In this document: positions 27,936 through 39,218 of the stretch, piece after piece
Layout of the letters: every line of letters starts with the position of its first letter
Position numbering within the stretch: the first letter of the stretch is position 1
DNA from: Planctomycetota bacterium
GTDB lineage: Bacteria > Planctomycetota > UBA8108 > SXIK01
DNA: 64,000 nucleotides
NCBI GenBank assembly: GCA_965223265.1
Contig: OZ244999.1
Coordinates: 5,152,001 to 5,216,000, forward strand
Direction of reading: 5' to 3'
Translations under genes and position numbers: made by a program
The notes under the pieces: generated by a model
Database searches by the model: none
Seen by the model: the letters and a program-made list of their open reading frames with translations, nothing else
What the model was told of the DNA's origin: nothing

Positions 27936-29618
27936 ATGCGACAAATCGCAACCGCTCGCCCTGAACTCTTCGCTCTCGTGATCGCAGCGCTTCTTGCGCA
28001 CGACCGCAGCGACGTCGGCGCACAAACAGCGAGCGCGCCGCCATCGGCAGCGACGACACCACCTACCTATCGGATCATCTACAACTGGGATGGCGCACCT
28101 CACGGTTACTCGCCGCATCCACAGACGCTCGAGCAGTTCCTCGACAAGACGTTCGCGCCACTCAAGGACACTCAGGTGGACGCGCTCTTTTGGTGCGTCG
28201 GCGAGCACGAGGCAACCTGGCAGCCGACGGAACTCGAGTTCGTCGCCGACGGCGTCAAGGGTAAGTATCGCTCGGTTCGCTCCATGACGCACCATGAGAA
28301 CATCCGCTCGCTGCTAGCGCGCGGCGAGAACCCTTACCAGGCGATGGTCGCGCGTGGCAAACAGCTGGGAATCGACGTTTTCTTGTCGATTCGTATGAAC
28401 GACAACCACTTCAGCGGATTGCAAGTGGACGAGATGGCATCGACGGAGATGATCGGGCTCACGCGTCTGCGCAAGGACCACCCCGAGTGGTGCCTCGGTG
28501 CCGACAAGGCGCCGAAGTGGTTCGCTCTCTCATGGAACATGGCGGTCCCGGAGGTGCGCGAGCACCGCTTCAAGTACATTCAAGAGGCTCTGGCGCAGGC
28601 GGAATGGGATGGGATTGAGCTCGACTGGCAGCGCCATGCGTTTCATCTGCCGGCGGATGACGCTTCGCGCCTCAGCTATACACTCACCGACCTGCAGCGC
28701 GCAGTGCGAAAGCACACCGAAGAGCTCGCGCGAAAGCGTGGTCGCCCGTTCTTCGTTGCCGTGCGCGTCGCCACGACACTCGAGGCATGTCGTCGCATCG
28801 GCTACGACCTGCCGGCGTGGGTCGGGGAAGACCTACTCGACATCTTGGTCGCCGGCGGCGGTGCCGGCACCGACCCAGGGGTCGAAGTCGAGGGGTTTCG
28901 CGATCTGATCGCCGGCACCGACATCCAATTCTATCCGGGATTCGACAGTGGTGCGTGGGGAGAACATCACGGACTCGAGCCGCACGCCGACTGGCAACGC
29001 GCGTCGTTTCGCGGCTGGGCGCAGGCGTATTGGCAGCGCGGCGCAGACGGCATCTACGTCTTCAATTGGCACGCCAACGAAAAGACGCGGCGTGATCTGC
29101 TGACGACGGTCGGCTCGTCCTCAACGCTGCGAGGCACCGACAAAGTCTATGCAACGCTGCACCGGACCGTGATCGGCCCGGAAGGCAACTGGGTTGGCGC
29201 TGATCTCAACGATCGCCTCTACGGTCAAACGCCCGTGGCGCTCTACCGCACGCTGACAGGTGATGGGCCAAGCTTTCTCGTCTCGGTGCACGATGACGTC
29301 GAACGCGAAGCCGGCGCCGGGCGTTTGCGGCGTTGTGAGCTAAGGATCGAGGTCGAACATTTTTCGCCGCGCGACCGCCTCGCGATCGCGCTCGACGGCA
29401 AGCTGCTCAGGGTACCTGAGGTACGCATGGTGAGAGGTTCTGGACCACTCGAACCTTCTGACGTGAGTGACAGTAGCTGGCTCGTTTGGTCGCTGCCGCC
29501 CGCTCGCCTGAGCCTCGGCCGGCACGTCGTCCAGGTGCGCCTTGCGGAACGTGACCCACGCTTGAAGCCACCTCCGATCGTGCGACACGTGGAAGTGCAT
29601 CTCGACTACGAGCGTTGA
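27936..29618 (+). CDS. Secreted glycoside-hydrolase-like TIM barrel protein (GHL10-like)
   Basis: Signal peptide, IIYNWDG, SIRMNDNH, HPEW, DGIELDWQRH, GADGIYVFN. AAGGA RBS. Confidence 0.7.
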   Translation: MRQIATARPELFALVIAALLAHDRSDVGAQTASAPPSAATTPPTYRIIYNWDGAPHGYSPHPQTLEQFLDKTFAPLKDTQVDALFWCVGEHEATWQPTELEFVADGVKGKYRSVRSMTHHENIRSLLARGENPYQAMVARGKQLGIDVFLSIRMNDNHFSGLQVDEMASTEMIGLTRLRKDHPEWCLGADKAPKWFALSWNMAVPEVREHRFKYIQEALAQAEWDGIELDWQRHAFHLPADDASRLSYTLTDLQRAVRKHTEELARKRGRPFFVAVRVATTLEACRRIGYDLPAWVGEDLLDILVAGGGAGTDPGVEVEGFRDLIAGTDIQFYPGFDSGAWGEHHGLEPHADWQRASFRGWAQAYWQRGADGIYVFNWHANEKTRRDLLTTVGSSSTLRGTDKVYATLHRTVIGPEGNWVGADLNDRLYGQTPVALYRTLTGDGPSFLVSVHDDVEREAGAGRLRRCELRIEVEHFSPRDRLAIALDGKLLRVPEVRMVRGSGPLEPSDVSDSSWLVWSLPPARLSLGRHVVQVRLAERDPRLKPPPIVRHVEVHLDYER

Positions 29619-29698
29619 GCTCCAGTCCAGACGAACTCATCGACAGGTTGGCTCCCCAGCTGCCCAAGGTGGCCGAGGCGAGGAGGCTCGACACGGCG

Positions 29699-32566
29699 TC
29701 ATTCATTCTGGTCGAGAATGTAAACCGCTCCGGCCCCCGGACAAGCAATCTCACCGCGACCGTCGCCGTCGAAGTCGGCGATGATCGCCCACGAAAGGGA
29801 CACGGGCGCCTCCCACATCACCGCACCGCTACCTTCACCGTCTGACGCAACGCAGAAGCGGTCGATCAGGAATTCGCCGCGGCCATCGCCGTCGACATCG
29901 GCGGCGAGAACCGGCCCCGAAACCGGCTGTGGCAAATCAAGCTCCCATTCGACTTCGCCGCTCCAAAAGTCCCGGCAGCGAAACCGAGTCGAGCGCTGGG
30001 CTGCGTACCCGACTTCGAGAATACCGTCGCCATCGATGTCTACGACTCCGACCTTCGCTGGCACATCGTAACCGAACTCTTCGACCCACAACGCCTCGGA
30101 AGTGCTCGGGCTCATGACACCGACAGGTCCGTGCGACCCCATGGGTACAAACCAGTGCGGCTCAGCGCTCTGCGGTGCGCGAAAGACCGGCACGAAGCTG
30201 TTTTGGAGATGCCCGACGGCGAGCGCGCCTTCGACCTGAATGTTGCGCGTGTGGCGGACGACGTCAAAACTGCCGTCGACGCCACTGAGCCACGCCATAT
30301 AGCTGTAGAGGTCCATGCCGATCTCGTCGATCCCATCCCCATCGACGTCGAACGCCGCCGGAATCGCGTGCGAGCGGTAAGGACGCGCCGTCACGCCTGT
30401 GCCGTAGAGCGTCTTGTGCCAGAGAATCTCTCCTGTGCGTCCGTCCAAACAGTACGTTGATTCCTCGAGGTAGCGCCGCTTGCTCACAGAGACAGCAATC
30501 GCCGTCTCGCGTCCGGGCAGAAAGTCGCCGGCGCTCCAGGCCACTACCGTCCCGCCCTCGCCGGTGGAGGTCGTCAACTCACTCTCCCACAATTGCGACC
30601 CGTCGGCACGATGCGCTCTGACGGCGAGAAAGCCGCGTTCAGTGCTTCCCGGCGCGATCAAGCAGCGCTTCGCGTCAGGTGCGAGGTCGTACACGAGAGG
30701 ACTCAATCGGTGTCGCGCGTCAGCGCCGCGAAACTCGAGGTCAAGGCGTTCTCTCGCTTCACCCGCGGCGGTGAAACCGAAGACCTTGACACGATCCCCA
30801 CTCGTCGTAGCAACGAGTTCGGCGCGCCCGTCCTGGTCGAAATCGACCGCACTCAGGCGCGGCTGGTGCCCGCCCGAGAGGTTCACACTCCACGTCTTGG
30901 CACCCGACCAGTCCCACGCCTCAAGTCGGCCGCCCTCGCTCGTCAGCAAGACAAGCTCCGGCCGCCCCCTCCGTCGCACGTACATGACGTCGAGAAGGCG
31001 CCGCCGAGTTAGTGTCTCGGCTCGCGTCTCCGCACGCAGAAACGCGCGTTCGCCACGAAAGGAATAACGCCGCAGCACACGAACACCGTCGGGATCGGAC
31101 TGCAGCAGAAAGAGTTCACGCTCGCGGTCGGGACGCCGGAACGCACCACCTGACGCAGTGACCAGCGGCCGCCACGGCGTCGCAGCGGGAAATTCAGCCA
31201 AAGTCTTCCACTCTTCGCCTTCGAGTCGCACGGCCTGAAGGTCGCCGCGCTCCGGCGTCGCGCCCTGCGGTGCGTCAGCGACATGTAGTACCCATGGGCG
31301 CGCCGCTCGCGGATGAAATGTCGCACCCAGACACCACTGGTCTTCTAACTCCGCGGTCACCTCGCCGGTTGCCGCATCCCGCACGCGGACGAACGAGCGG
31401 TAGTCGCGCGCTGGATCGCGCACGCTATAGACGATGTCGAGCCCACCGTCGCCGCTCAGGTCGTCGATGACAACGGGACTGATGTAAACGCCGTGAACAT
31501 CGAACACGTAGCCATAGTAGTTCCACCACGCGAGCTCGTTGTCACGGCCTGCGTGGAGCCGCAGGCCGTGAGCGTGGAGCTCGACACCGCTAGCAATGAG
31601 CCCAAGAATGCGGGCGCCGTCCACACTGCGTCCGACCGCCCAGGCACCGTAGTTCCGCCGCTGCGCGCCGTCAATCTTGTAGACCGCGGTGCTCAGCATC
31701 TCCCCCGTGCGAGCATCAAAACCGCGGCAGCGATGGTGGCGAACATTCCAGACGAGTGGACGATCCGGTTCGCTCGTATCGATGATGACATCGCTACCGT
31801 GATCGTATCTCTCCTGCCACTCGCCGGGGACAACGACCGTTTCGCTCCAAACAAACTGCGCTGCGCCCGAAGCCGGGAAGTGGAGCAGGTACCCCTTGTC
31901 GCCATTGTGCACGAAGACGACCGCCTCCGGACCGGGGCTCGCAGTCAACACGTCGGCGACGTCGACGCGCAGGCCCGCGTACGTCGGTTCGAACCGATGC
32001 TGCCATAAGAGCTCGCCCGTCGCAGCGCTCAAAAGACTCAGCGTCGGACCAGCCGCCAGCAAAAGCGCGTCATCGTGAAGCTCACCGAGGCGGCCGAAGT
32101 AGACAAGCGAACCCGAGACGGTACTTCTCCACAGCGTGCGTCCCGCGGCACTGATCAGTCGCAGCTGGTTGTCGCGTACGAGACAGAGGTCGTCACCGCG
32201 GGAGTCGCGAACGACTTTGAGCCAATTGAGCTTGCCGCCGAAGCGCACGCTGCTCCACATTTTCGGCGCTTGCGTCATGCCACATGTCAGCGGCGAGAAC
32301 CCAGTCAGCTGCGCGTCGTGAAGCGTCCGTGGCCACTCCGGGTTGTTCACTTCATTCGAGCGGATTCCCGGCAGAAGCGGGTGAGTCCCCGTGCCAGACG
32401 ACGATGATTGAGCATCCACGAGTACGGGCAACAACACTCCAGCGACTGCAGTCACGACAGCGCACGCACTCGATCGCTCGCGGCAAAGCTGCCTCACACA
32501 GAAACTCACGAAAGCCACGGCGAACATGAAGGGTGAGATCCTCGAAACAGAGCACCGGCGAAGCAT
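29699..32566 (-). CDS. Secreted FG-GAP/VCBS and PQQ-like beta-propeller repeat protein
   Basis: Repeated DxDGDGxxE motifs (DVDGDGIDE, DIDGDGILE, DVDGDGRGE, DFDGDGRGE) and DxxTGExxW motifs. Start uncertain. Confidence 0.8.
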   Translation of the reverse strand: MLRRCSVSRISPFMFAVAFVSFCVRQLCRERSSACAVVTAVAGVLLPVLVDAQSSSSGTGTHPLLPGIRSNEVNNPEWPRTLHDAQLTGFSPLTCGMTQAPKMWSSVRFGGKLNWLKVVRDSRGDDLCLVRDNQLRLISAAGRTLWRSTVSGSLVYFGRLGELHDDALLLAAGPTLSLLSAATGELLWQHRFEPTYAGLRVDVADVLTASPGPEAVVFVHNGDKGYLLHFPASGAAQFVWSETVVVPGEWQERYDHGSDVIIDTSEPDRPLVWNVRHHRCRGFDARTGEMLSTAVYKIDGAQRRNYGAWAVGRSVDGARILGLIASGVELHAHGLRLHAGRDNELAWWNYYGYVFDVHGVYISPVVIDDLSGDGGLDIVYSVRDPARDYRSFVRVRDAATGEVTAELEDQWCLGATFHPRAARPWVLHVADAPQGATPERGDLQAVRLEGEEWKTLAEFPAATPWRPLVTASGGAFRRPDRERELFLLQSDPDGVRVLRRYSFRGERAFLRAETRAETLTRRRLLDVMYVRRRGRPELVLLTSEGGRLEAWDWSGAKTWSVNLSGGHQPRLSAVDFDQDGRAELVATTSGDRVKVFGFTAAGEARERLDLEFRGADARHRLSPLVYDLAPDAKRCLIAPGSTERGFLAVRAHRADGSQLWESELTTSTGEGGTVVAWSAGDFLPGRETAIAVSVSKRRYLEESTYCLDGRTGEILWHKTLYGTGVTARPYRSHAIPAAFDVDGDGIDEIGMDLYSYMAWLSGVDGSFDVVRHTRNIQVEGALAVGHLQNSFVPVFRAPQSAEPHWFVPMGSHGPVGVMSPSTSEALWVEEFGYDVPAKVGVVDIDGDGILEVGYAAQRSTRFRCRDFWSGEVEWELDLPQPVSGPVLAADVDGDGRGEFLIDRFCVASDGEGSGAVMWEAPVSLSWAIIADFDGDGRGEIACPGAGAVYILDQNE

Positions 32567-32799
32567 CGGTCCAACGTGATCCCATGCATTGAAACACAGC
32601 TCTCCGTCGCTGCACCAGGTGTACCGCTGCGCTTTCTCATACCCGGCTCCATTGAAGTCGCAGGCGCACGACTGCGCTCGGCTCGATCGACTCACAATGA
32701 CAGAGCAACTACGGAGACGCCGTCACCCCAAAAACCCATGTAAGGTGCGACGACATGAGGAACCTATCCCTCTGTCGCCAGCACAGCGCGAAGCATCCG

Positions 32800-35700
32800 T
32801 CAGTTGGCACTAGCAGCCTGACGTCGTCCGACGATGAGAGCGACGATCATCAGCGCAGCAACCGACGTTCCGATCGCGCGCACGAGCGTCCAGCCGCGAT
32901 CGTCAGTCTCAGTCGCAGCCTCGCTTGCAGACGTCTTCTCCTGAGTAGATGACTGCACCGGGGAGAACGCTTGCGCAACTTGGCGAGCATCCTCTCTTCG
33001 GACACCAGGTTGGAAGTTCTCGAATGGGTTCTCCATGGGCGCGTCCGGTTTGTGGCGTAGGGTGCGCATGAGCCGGAGTGCGTATGGTTTGAGGGGCTGC
33101 TTCCATCCACGTGACCCGTACGTCTGGTAGAGCAGTCCAAACTCCGCATCGCCCCCTGCGTCCAGAGCCTTTTGGGCCCAACGTAGAGCGCTTGGGACGT
33201 CACCGCTGCGCTTCTTGATGAGAGCAAGCATGAGGTAGGCGTTCGCATGCAAAAGCGCCACCTCACTCTGACCCTGGCCGGCCTCGATCGACCACGTTAG
33301 CATCTCCTCATAGAGCTCTTCGGCGTCTGCGTCGAAACCGGCTCGAAACAAATCGAGCGCGACTTGGCTTGAGATCTTCAAACCGTCCGGGCTCTTCGGT
33401 CTTGCGCGCAAGAGTGTCCGCAAGACCTCGAGGTGTTCTAAGTGAAGCTGGCCGAGCTCACGCGGAGACGATCGTTTACGTTTCCAGCCTGCAAACTCAA
33501 GCCAAGTGTGCGGCGTACCCCTCAGCCATGCGTCGCGGGCGCGCGCGATCAGGAGACTCTCGATTCGTGCGTTCGGCAGCGGCGGCCAACCGTCGAGTGC
33601 TTCCACGACTCGCAGAATGACACGGTCGCCAGAAGCACCGACACCACGGCTCTCGAGCGCCGCTGAGACAGCCGCTCGAAGCTCGTCGCGACATGCGGCC
33701 AAACGTTCACTATTCGCCATCCAGTCGAAAAGGACGCTCGGTGACATCAGCGTCCGGATGCGATGGAGTATCTCGCTCGATGAGCACAGTTCGGGCCGGG
33801 CGCGCAACTCCTCCTGTGTGCGGTGCGTCAAGAATTCATAAAGCCCCAAAAGATCATTCTGCTTCCAACGCACCCGGCGGGCCGGCAACACAGTGTTCAT
33901 ACTCGAGAGGAAATCAAGGGCGTAGGCGAGCAGAACGTTCGCGTTGGGGTAGGCACGGGTGAGCCGTCTCAGCGCATCCGGCTCTGGATCAAGACGTCGA
34001 AGCGCCAGCGGCAACAGTGCGAGCCGCGCCCGAACTTCCTGGCGGCGCTCAGGCGCCGCCATGTCGCTTGGCATCCCCTGGTCGAACGTTGGCCAAGGCG
34101 ACCCGATACCGACTGTTGGTCCGCCGCTCCCTCCCCAAGCGGCGTTCACGAAACCGAAGAATCCGGGCGCATCGGAGCTGCGACGATCGTTTCCGAACGC
34201 GAAGTCAAGAACCGCCACCCAGCGACGTAGAGCTGTGGTCACGCGGTTGCGAGCAGATGCGTAGCCTTTAGGAGTGGAATGAATGTCGCTTGGATCACTC
34301 AACTCAAGCGCCAACGCTTCCAACGCGCGGCGACCCGCGCGCATCCGGTCGTCGTCGACAATGCCGCGCGTGGGGTCGCCGAGTTCGTAGAGACACAGAT
34401 TGACGCGCGCCAGCCGTCCCACCGGATGGCCCGGGTAGCGTTTCGCGAGATCGCGCAGTCCAGCGATGTGATCAGTCCATGGCGACTCGTGCAGGACGCC
34501 CGGGTAGACGCGTTCATTCCCCGGTGCATGACGCTCACAAAGAAACGCAAACTCGTACCACGGACGTAGCGGTGCATCGGGCGGCAGCTGGCGCAGAATC
34601 CACCGCATCAACCCGTAGTCAACAAAGTGCCATAGATCAGATCGCTTTGAGGCCCGCCACGCGTCTCGAAACCTCGACGGAGAAGGGTCCTGCAGCTGGT
34701 ACTTGAAATATTTGGCGGCATCAAACCGTACCTCGAGCCTATCAGCAAGCTGATCCGCGGGCTCGCCCGGCGCGAACTCGGGCAATTGCATGCTCGTCAC
34801 TGCCTCCGGTGGTCGAGCCAAAACCTCCGCGATCGTCCGTCGCCACTTCTCTCGATCGGCAGGTAACCGCACGACGTGACGCGTCTGGCGTTCGGGATCC
34901 AGCTGCTCCGTGTACCGAATCTCCAACCGAAAACCGACGAGCCCACTCGACTGCTTCGGTAGTGTCGGCACGCCCCGGGTGAGGTGAGCCGAAACCGTCG
35001 TCCCAAAGAAGAGTTGTGGTGCACGTTTCCAGGTCACGCCCTGCGCTGAACTGAGACCGACGAGTACATCGTACTCGCGGCGCAGTCGCGCCAGATCGTC
35101 AGCAAGAAAAACCGGACTCTGCGTCGTCGTGTGCAGCAACTCGACCAGGAGAAGTGATAACGAGTTCGCGAGCGGTTTCGAGATCGCGACGTCAGCACGC
35201 ACGCCAGTAAAGTTGGTACCGGGCTGTGCGCTCACGAGCTTCGCACTGCCGGCTCCCAGCCATCGCCCCCGCCTCTGACGCACGAACGCCTTAACGGCAG
35301 CGGCAACCTCGTCGAACCCGCTGGCCGTGTAGGCACGCTCCATCCAAACATACGGTTCAATGAGGCGGCTGTCCTGAAGCGCGGCGAGGTGAAAGCTGTT
35401 GATCGCGTCGAGATAACGTCCAGCGTCGTAGAGTTCAATGCCGCGATAGAACGACTGCAGCGTTTCCGGATCAAGCCCACCGGTGCCTTTCTGCCCCTTC
35501 GGTGGCGTGTTGAAAAGATCGGACGCGCCGCTTGTCACCCGCGCCTGGATCCACACAGCAGCACGGGCAGCCATCGACGCATCCTCAGGGTCCGCACGGA
35601 AAACCTCCTGAGCGACGCGTCGACCTGTTCGGGTGTCGAGGATGACGATCTCCACATCTCCGTCAGACGAAATCGTGGGGACAACAAGATAGCGTGCGCC

Positions 35701-36372
35701 CAAAAACTCGGTCGGCATCTCACCGATCGTCGTCCATCCCTTTTCGTGCAGCACCTTCTCGGCGAGCATGCGCTCCATCGCCTCCGCCCGGTGCAAAAGC
35801 GGAACGTCGAGATGTCGCAGCTGCCGCCTCACCTTGTCGAGGAAAGCTATACGCAGTGGATCGCCCTCGAGTGTCGACGAACGTCCTGACGGCGTGAGAA
35901 TCGCCACGGCGTCGCTCGCCAGGGCGGCTGAGTGAATCCGCTCACTGACCAGCCGTTCGACTCGGTCTCGGACCTGCGTCGCCAGGGCGGTCACGCTCGG
36001 CAAATCCATTTTCTCTACCGCGACGATTTCGCCGCTCAGCGCAGCGATCATCTCGAACTCTACGTGCTCACTCGCTGCATCCACCCGACACAATACGACG
36101 TAGTCGGCGCCAAGAAGTGAACCGAGGCGCTTTGAGTCTTCCCTCGCATCAGCCGCGAACGCGTTCCATTCGCGAAAGATCGGCGCAAGATCAGCTCGTT
36201 CGACAACCGCGACTTCGGAGCTACGGGACATCTCGCCAGCAACGAGATCCGAAAGAGACAGATCGAAACCACCGGTTCCATGCACAAACACTGCGACGCC
36301 GGGCGGTCCGGCTTCGGCCGGAGGTCCAGTGAGCGCGGCAACCAAGAGAAGAAATGAATAGCGACAGTTCAT
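32800..36372 (-). CDS. Large secreted protein with CsgG/TolB_N-like modules, TPRs and a C-terminal membrane anchor
   Basis: Signal peptide, VVERADL..I..E...LGSLLGADYVV and a second similar module, TPR-like segments, C-terminal TM helix followed by RRQ. Confidence 0.65.
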   Translation of the reverse strand: MNCRYSFLLLVAALTGPPAEAGPPGVAVFVHGTGGFDLSLSDLVAGEMSRSSEVAVVERADLAPIFREWNAFAADAREDSKRLGSLLGADYVVLCRVDAASEHVEFEMIAALSGEIVAVEKMDLPSVTALATQVRDRVERLVSERIHSAALASDAVAILTPSGRSSTLEGDPLRIAFLDKVRRQLRHLDVPLLHRAEAMERMLAEKVLHEKGWTTIGEMPTEFLGARYLVVPTISSDGDVEIVILDTRTGRRVAQEVFRADPEDASMAARAAVWIQARVTSGASDLFNTPPKGQKGTGGLDPETLQSFYRGIELYDAGRYLDAINSFHLAALQDSRLIEPYVWMERAYTASGFDEVAAAVKAFVRQRRGRWLGAGSAKLVSAQPGTNFTGVRADVAISKPLANSLSLLLVELLHTTTQSPVFLADDLARLRREYDVLVGLSSAQGVTWKRAPQLFFGTTVSAHLTRGVPTLPKQSSGLVGFRLEIRYTEQLDPERQTRHVVRLPADREKWRRTIAEVLARPPEAVTSMQLPEFAPGEPADQLADRLEVRFDAAKYFKYQLQDPSPSRFRDAWRASKRSDLWHFVDYGLMRWILRQLPPDAPLRPWYEFAFLCERHAPGNERVYPGVLHESPWTDHIAGLRDLAKRYPGHPVGRLARVNLCLYELGDPTRGIVDDDRMRAGRRALEALALELSDPSDIHSTPKGYASARNRVTTALRRWVAVLDFAFGNDRRSSDAPGFFGFVNAAWGGSGGPTVGIGSPWPTFDQGMPSDMAAPERRQEVRARLALLPLALRRLDPEPDALRRLTRAYPNANVLLAYALDFLSSMNTVLPARRVRWKQNDLLGLYEFLTHRTQEELRARPELCSSSEILHRIRTLMSPSVLFDWMANSERLAACRDELRAAVSAALESRGVGASGDRVILRVVEALDGWPPLPNARIESLLIARARDAWLRGTPHTWLEFAGWKRKRSSPRELGQLHLEHLEVLRTLLRARPKSPDGLKISSQVALDLFRAGFDADAEELYEEMLTWSIEAGQGQSEVALLHANAYLMLALIKKRSGDVPSALRWAQKALDAGGDAEFGLLYQTYGSRGWKQPLKPYALRLMRTLRHKPDAPMENPFENFQPGVRREDARQVAQAFSPVQSSTQEKTSASEAATETDDRGWTLVRAIGTSVAALMIVALIVGRRQAASAN

Positions 36373-36894
36373 GGGGCTTCGAAGAAGAAGACTCGTTCGA
36401 GCCGATCAACTGACTCTTCGCCGCGTATCCTGGTTTCCCGGCGACTCTCGTGCGGCGCGAGGAGCGGGCTTTCAAGTCAAGAGACGACGATCTATCTGAA
36501 GTCTACGACTTTGTGGCGACCAAGGCCAAAGCTCACCAGCGATCGTCCGTTTCACTGCACTAGCTGAAGAAGAACGGAACTGCAAGGCGCGAGGAAACCT
36601 CAGGACAGAATCGGCCCATACCACGACGCACGATTTACGCTCGTGGCTCACGACGGCAATGACCTGAACAACCAGTGTCGCGCAAACGACCGGGGCGGCA
36701 GCGCACATAAAGGGGCGAATCCTCGGACCCAACGCGGCCCGTTAAAAAGCAATCGAGGAGCATCGATGAACATGACCCCCTCCAGTCAAGCACAGTCGTG
36801 CCTCGAAGCACCAGGCGCGCCGCACGGTTTCTCGCTTCGCTGTGTGTGCAGCACGACGAAGAGGCAGGGAGGCGGCGTTCACGCTCCGCGCGCA

Positions 36895-37902
36895 TTACTC
36901 GAGACAAGCTCTAGGATTCTCGCAGCCGAGATCGACCTGCGCGACTCCGTTCACCAAGCGACCGATGGGGGCTCCGCACTCAGAGATCGGTGGATCGGGA
37001 GCTGGACCGTCGACGAAGAGCCACCCGAAAATGCGGAGCGCATCCGCCATGTCCAGACCGTTCGTCGAATCAGTGTTCGCCGCATTCGCGCAGGGAAGAT
37101 GTTGGTTGCTGGTAAACAGGAAATTCAGGATGAAGATTCCGTCCCCGAGATCGACCCCGCCGTCGGCGTTGGCGTCACCGCGGACGATGAGCGCCGGTGA
37201 CTCGAACGACCGAACCAGCACTGTCGTCTCGTCGACGGCTCGATCACCGTCGCCGCTCTCGACTGTCAATCGGTACGAATACTCTCCAGGCGCCTCGAAC
37301 GTGACTGAAGTGGTGGGCTCGTTTGGCGTCTGGGGCGCAGGAGCGTTATCCAACGCTTCCCACCGGAAGGATTTCAAAGTCAGAGTGTCGCACACCGGTG
37401 AACGCCCCGACTTCGATTCGATTCCCGACAGGCTGACCGTCTGCGCCTCACCATTGGGAAGCAGAACCTCAAATGGTCGCGTGATGGCGGCAGACGGAAC
37501 GCAGGTGCTCTCCAAATCCAAAACAGCGGCGACCGACGCCCAAGCGGTGTCGACGTTGCCATCGTCGTCGGTAATCTCGAGTAGAAAGGAAAAGAGGCCA
37601 GTCTCGTGGACGAGGACATCCGTCTCAGAATCGGATGGGCTGACGATGCGTGTCGGTTGATCTACTGCGTTGCTCCACCGAAAAGACAGTCCGCGGTCGA
37701 CACAGCTCAACCCGAATCCAGCGATGGACTGCGAAGCATCCAGTCGCACGACGAGGGCCTCTTCGAACTGCACGTACGACCCTGGCGACACGCTCGCCCT
37801 GGCTCTTGGGTTGCAGTCATCTGCAACGAGACGACTTCCGAACACGACCAACAACACGGTTGCCCACAGAGTCTTGAGAACAAAAGGGCTCGCTGTTCGC
37901 AT
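36895..37902 (-). CDS. Secreted PKD-like repeat protein with C-terminal dockerin-like domain
   Basis: Signal peptide, two modules with LDASQS..FRW..G.F.F.L.ITD, then RGDANADGGVDLGDGIFILNFLF. GGAGGAG RBS before ATG 37902. Confidence 0.8.
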   Translation of the reverse strand: MRTASPFVLKTLWATVLLVVFGSRLVADDCNPRARASVSPGSYVQFEEALVVRLDASQSIAGFGLSCVDRGLSFRWSNAVDQPTRIVSPSDSETDVLVHETGLFSFLLEITDDDGNVDTAWASVAAVLDLESTCVPSAAITRPFEVLLPNGEAQTVSLSGIESKSGRSPVCDTLTLKSFRWEALDNAPAPQTPNEPTTSVTFEAPGEYSYRLTVESGDGDRAVDETTVLVRSFESPALIVRGDANADGGVDLGDGIFILNFLFTSNQHLPCANAANTDSTNGLDMADALRIFGWLFVDGPAPDPPISECGAPIGRLVNGVAQVDLGCENPRACLE

Positions 37903-38028
37903 CACGACTCCTCCGTTCATTCGGCGGTAACACCACGATGCCTACGCTCGCTCCAACCCGTCGCCATCGTAAGGGACGCCCCCTGAGGGTGCATCCACAA
38001 TCTCTCACACAGCGCTGACGGCGCCGAG

Positions 38029-38682
38029 CTACTCGCGCTCAGGACGTTCGCCAGGAGAGGACGTGTTGGGCCCGTCCTGAGGCTCGGGCCGTGTCGTCGA
38101 GGCCGCCGCTGCGGCCGCAGCCTCGAGCACTGTGGGCGCGCTCACAGCATCGGGAGACGGTGGTTCTGAGTTCTCCAGCGCCGTGGGATCGAGCTCACCG
38201 ATCGCCTCATTCACGGCCGCCAGCGCCAGCCAAAGATCCTGGCGTGATCGAGATTGACGCAAGTGTGTGACCCGTCGAGTAAAGGTGTCGAAGTCAAAGT
38301 GACCAAGTGACTTGGCGTCACGTGTTTGCGCCATGTGGATTTCTTCCAAGAGACGCTCCCTGGCTGAACGGAGTGCAGTGAGGGTCGTTTCGACGCGAGG
38401 GTCGGAGGGGTCGAACGCAGAGTTTGAGTCAGATGGCGACGCCTCACTCGCCGTCGAGTCGGCTCCGTCCGACACACCGCTGCGGCGCTGAGACACGCGA
38501 AGATCGCCAACGATCTCACCGGCGGCCACGCGCACCCGTTCCGGCGCGCCGCGTTCGAGCACTTCGAAGGCCGACGCATCCGCTGCCAGCTCGTCGCTCG
38601 AGTGCTCTCCCCAGAGAAAGACCAGGAGGCCGACCAAAACGAGCGCCCCGATGGCAAGAATCAGCTCACGTCCAAGGCTCAT
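38029..38682 (-). CDS. Hypothetical protein with N-terminal membrane anchor
   Basis: N-terminal TM helix and GAGGAGAG RBS. Confidence 0.65.
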   Translation of the reverse strand: MSLGRELILAIGALVLVGLLVFLWGEHSSDELAADASAFEVLERGAPERVRVAAGEIVGDLRVSQRRSGVSDGADSTASEASPSDSNSAFDPSDPRVETTLTALRSARERLLEEIHMAQTRDAKSLGHFDFDTFTRRVTHLRQSRSRQDLWLALAAVNEAIGELDPTALENSEPPSPDAVSAPTVLEAAAAAAASTTRPEPQDGPNTSSPGERPERE

Positions 38683-39218
38683 TGACCGTTCTCTCTCCTC
38701 ATATCCGACTCCACCAACGCCGGTTCCGAGCGGACAAGACGAACATCTCCTAGGAGTTTAGCCTCGACACCGCGGTGCACACCCGAAAAATCCAGGCGCT
38801 GCCAGTGGGATCTGTCATTTTGCCGAAAAGCAGGGAACCTAACCACCCGACGCCGTCGTTCTTCTTTTGTTCTGGCCCCTAACGGGGCCATGCCGCCGGC
38901 AGTGGCACCCCCCTACAGTTACCAATGCGTCTACCTCGATCCTAACCTATCCGACCATTGGCCCTGTCGGCGGCGCCTTTTCGATCGTGGCAGGCTGAAG
39001 GGCGGATCGAGCCCCAATACTGGCTCCTTCGCACTCAGTCCGCTCTCTTAGCAGCCCGGCACGATCGAGTCGTGTTGAAGGCCGCCCCGCGTCCTTGAGT
39101 CGCCAAGCCGCTCCGCACGCGGTCAACATGCCTTCTGAGCACTGAGCTCCCGCGTGTCACACCCTTGCGATTGCGAGCTCGGCGTCCTTTGAGAAAGCGT
39201 ACCGCGCGATCTAGCGAT

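Noticed and set aside
36373-39218. RNase P, tmRNA, SRP, tRNA or known riboswitch in the large intergenic gaps
   Set aside because: No diagnostic conserved motifs were found by eye. An Infernal search would be needed to exclude them.
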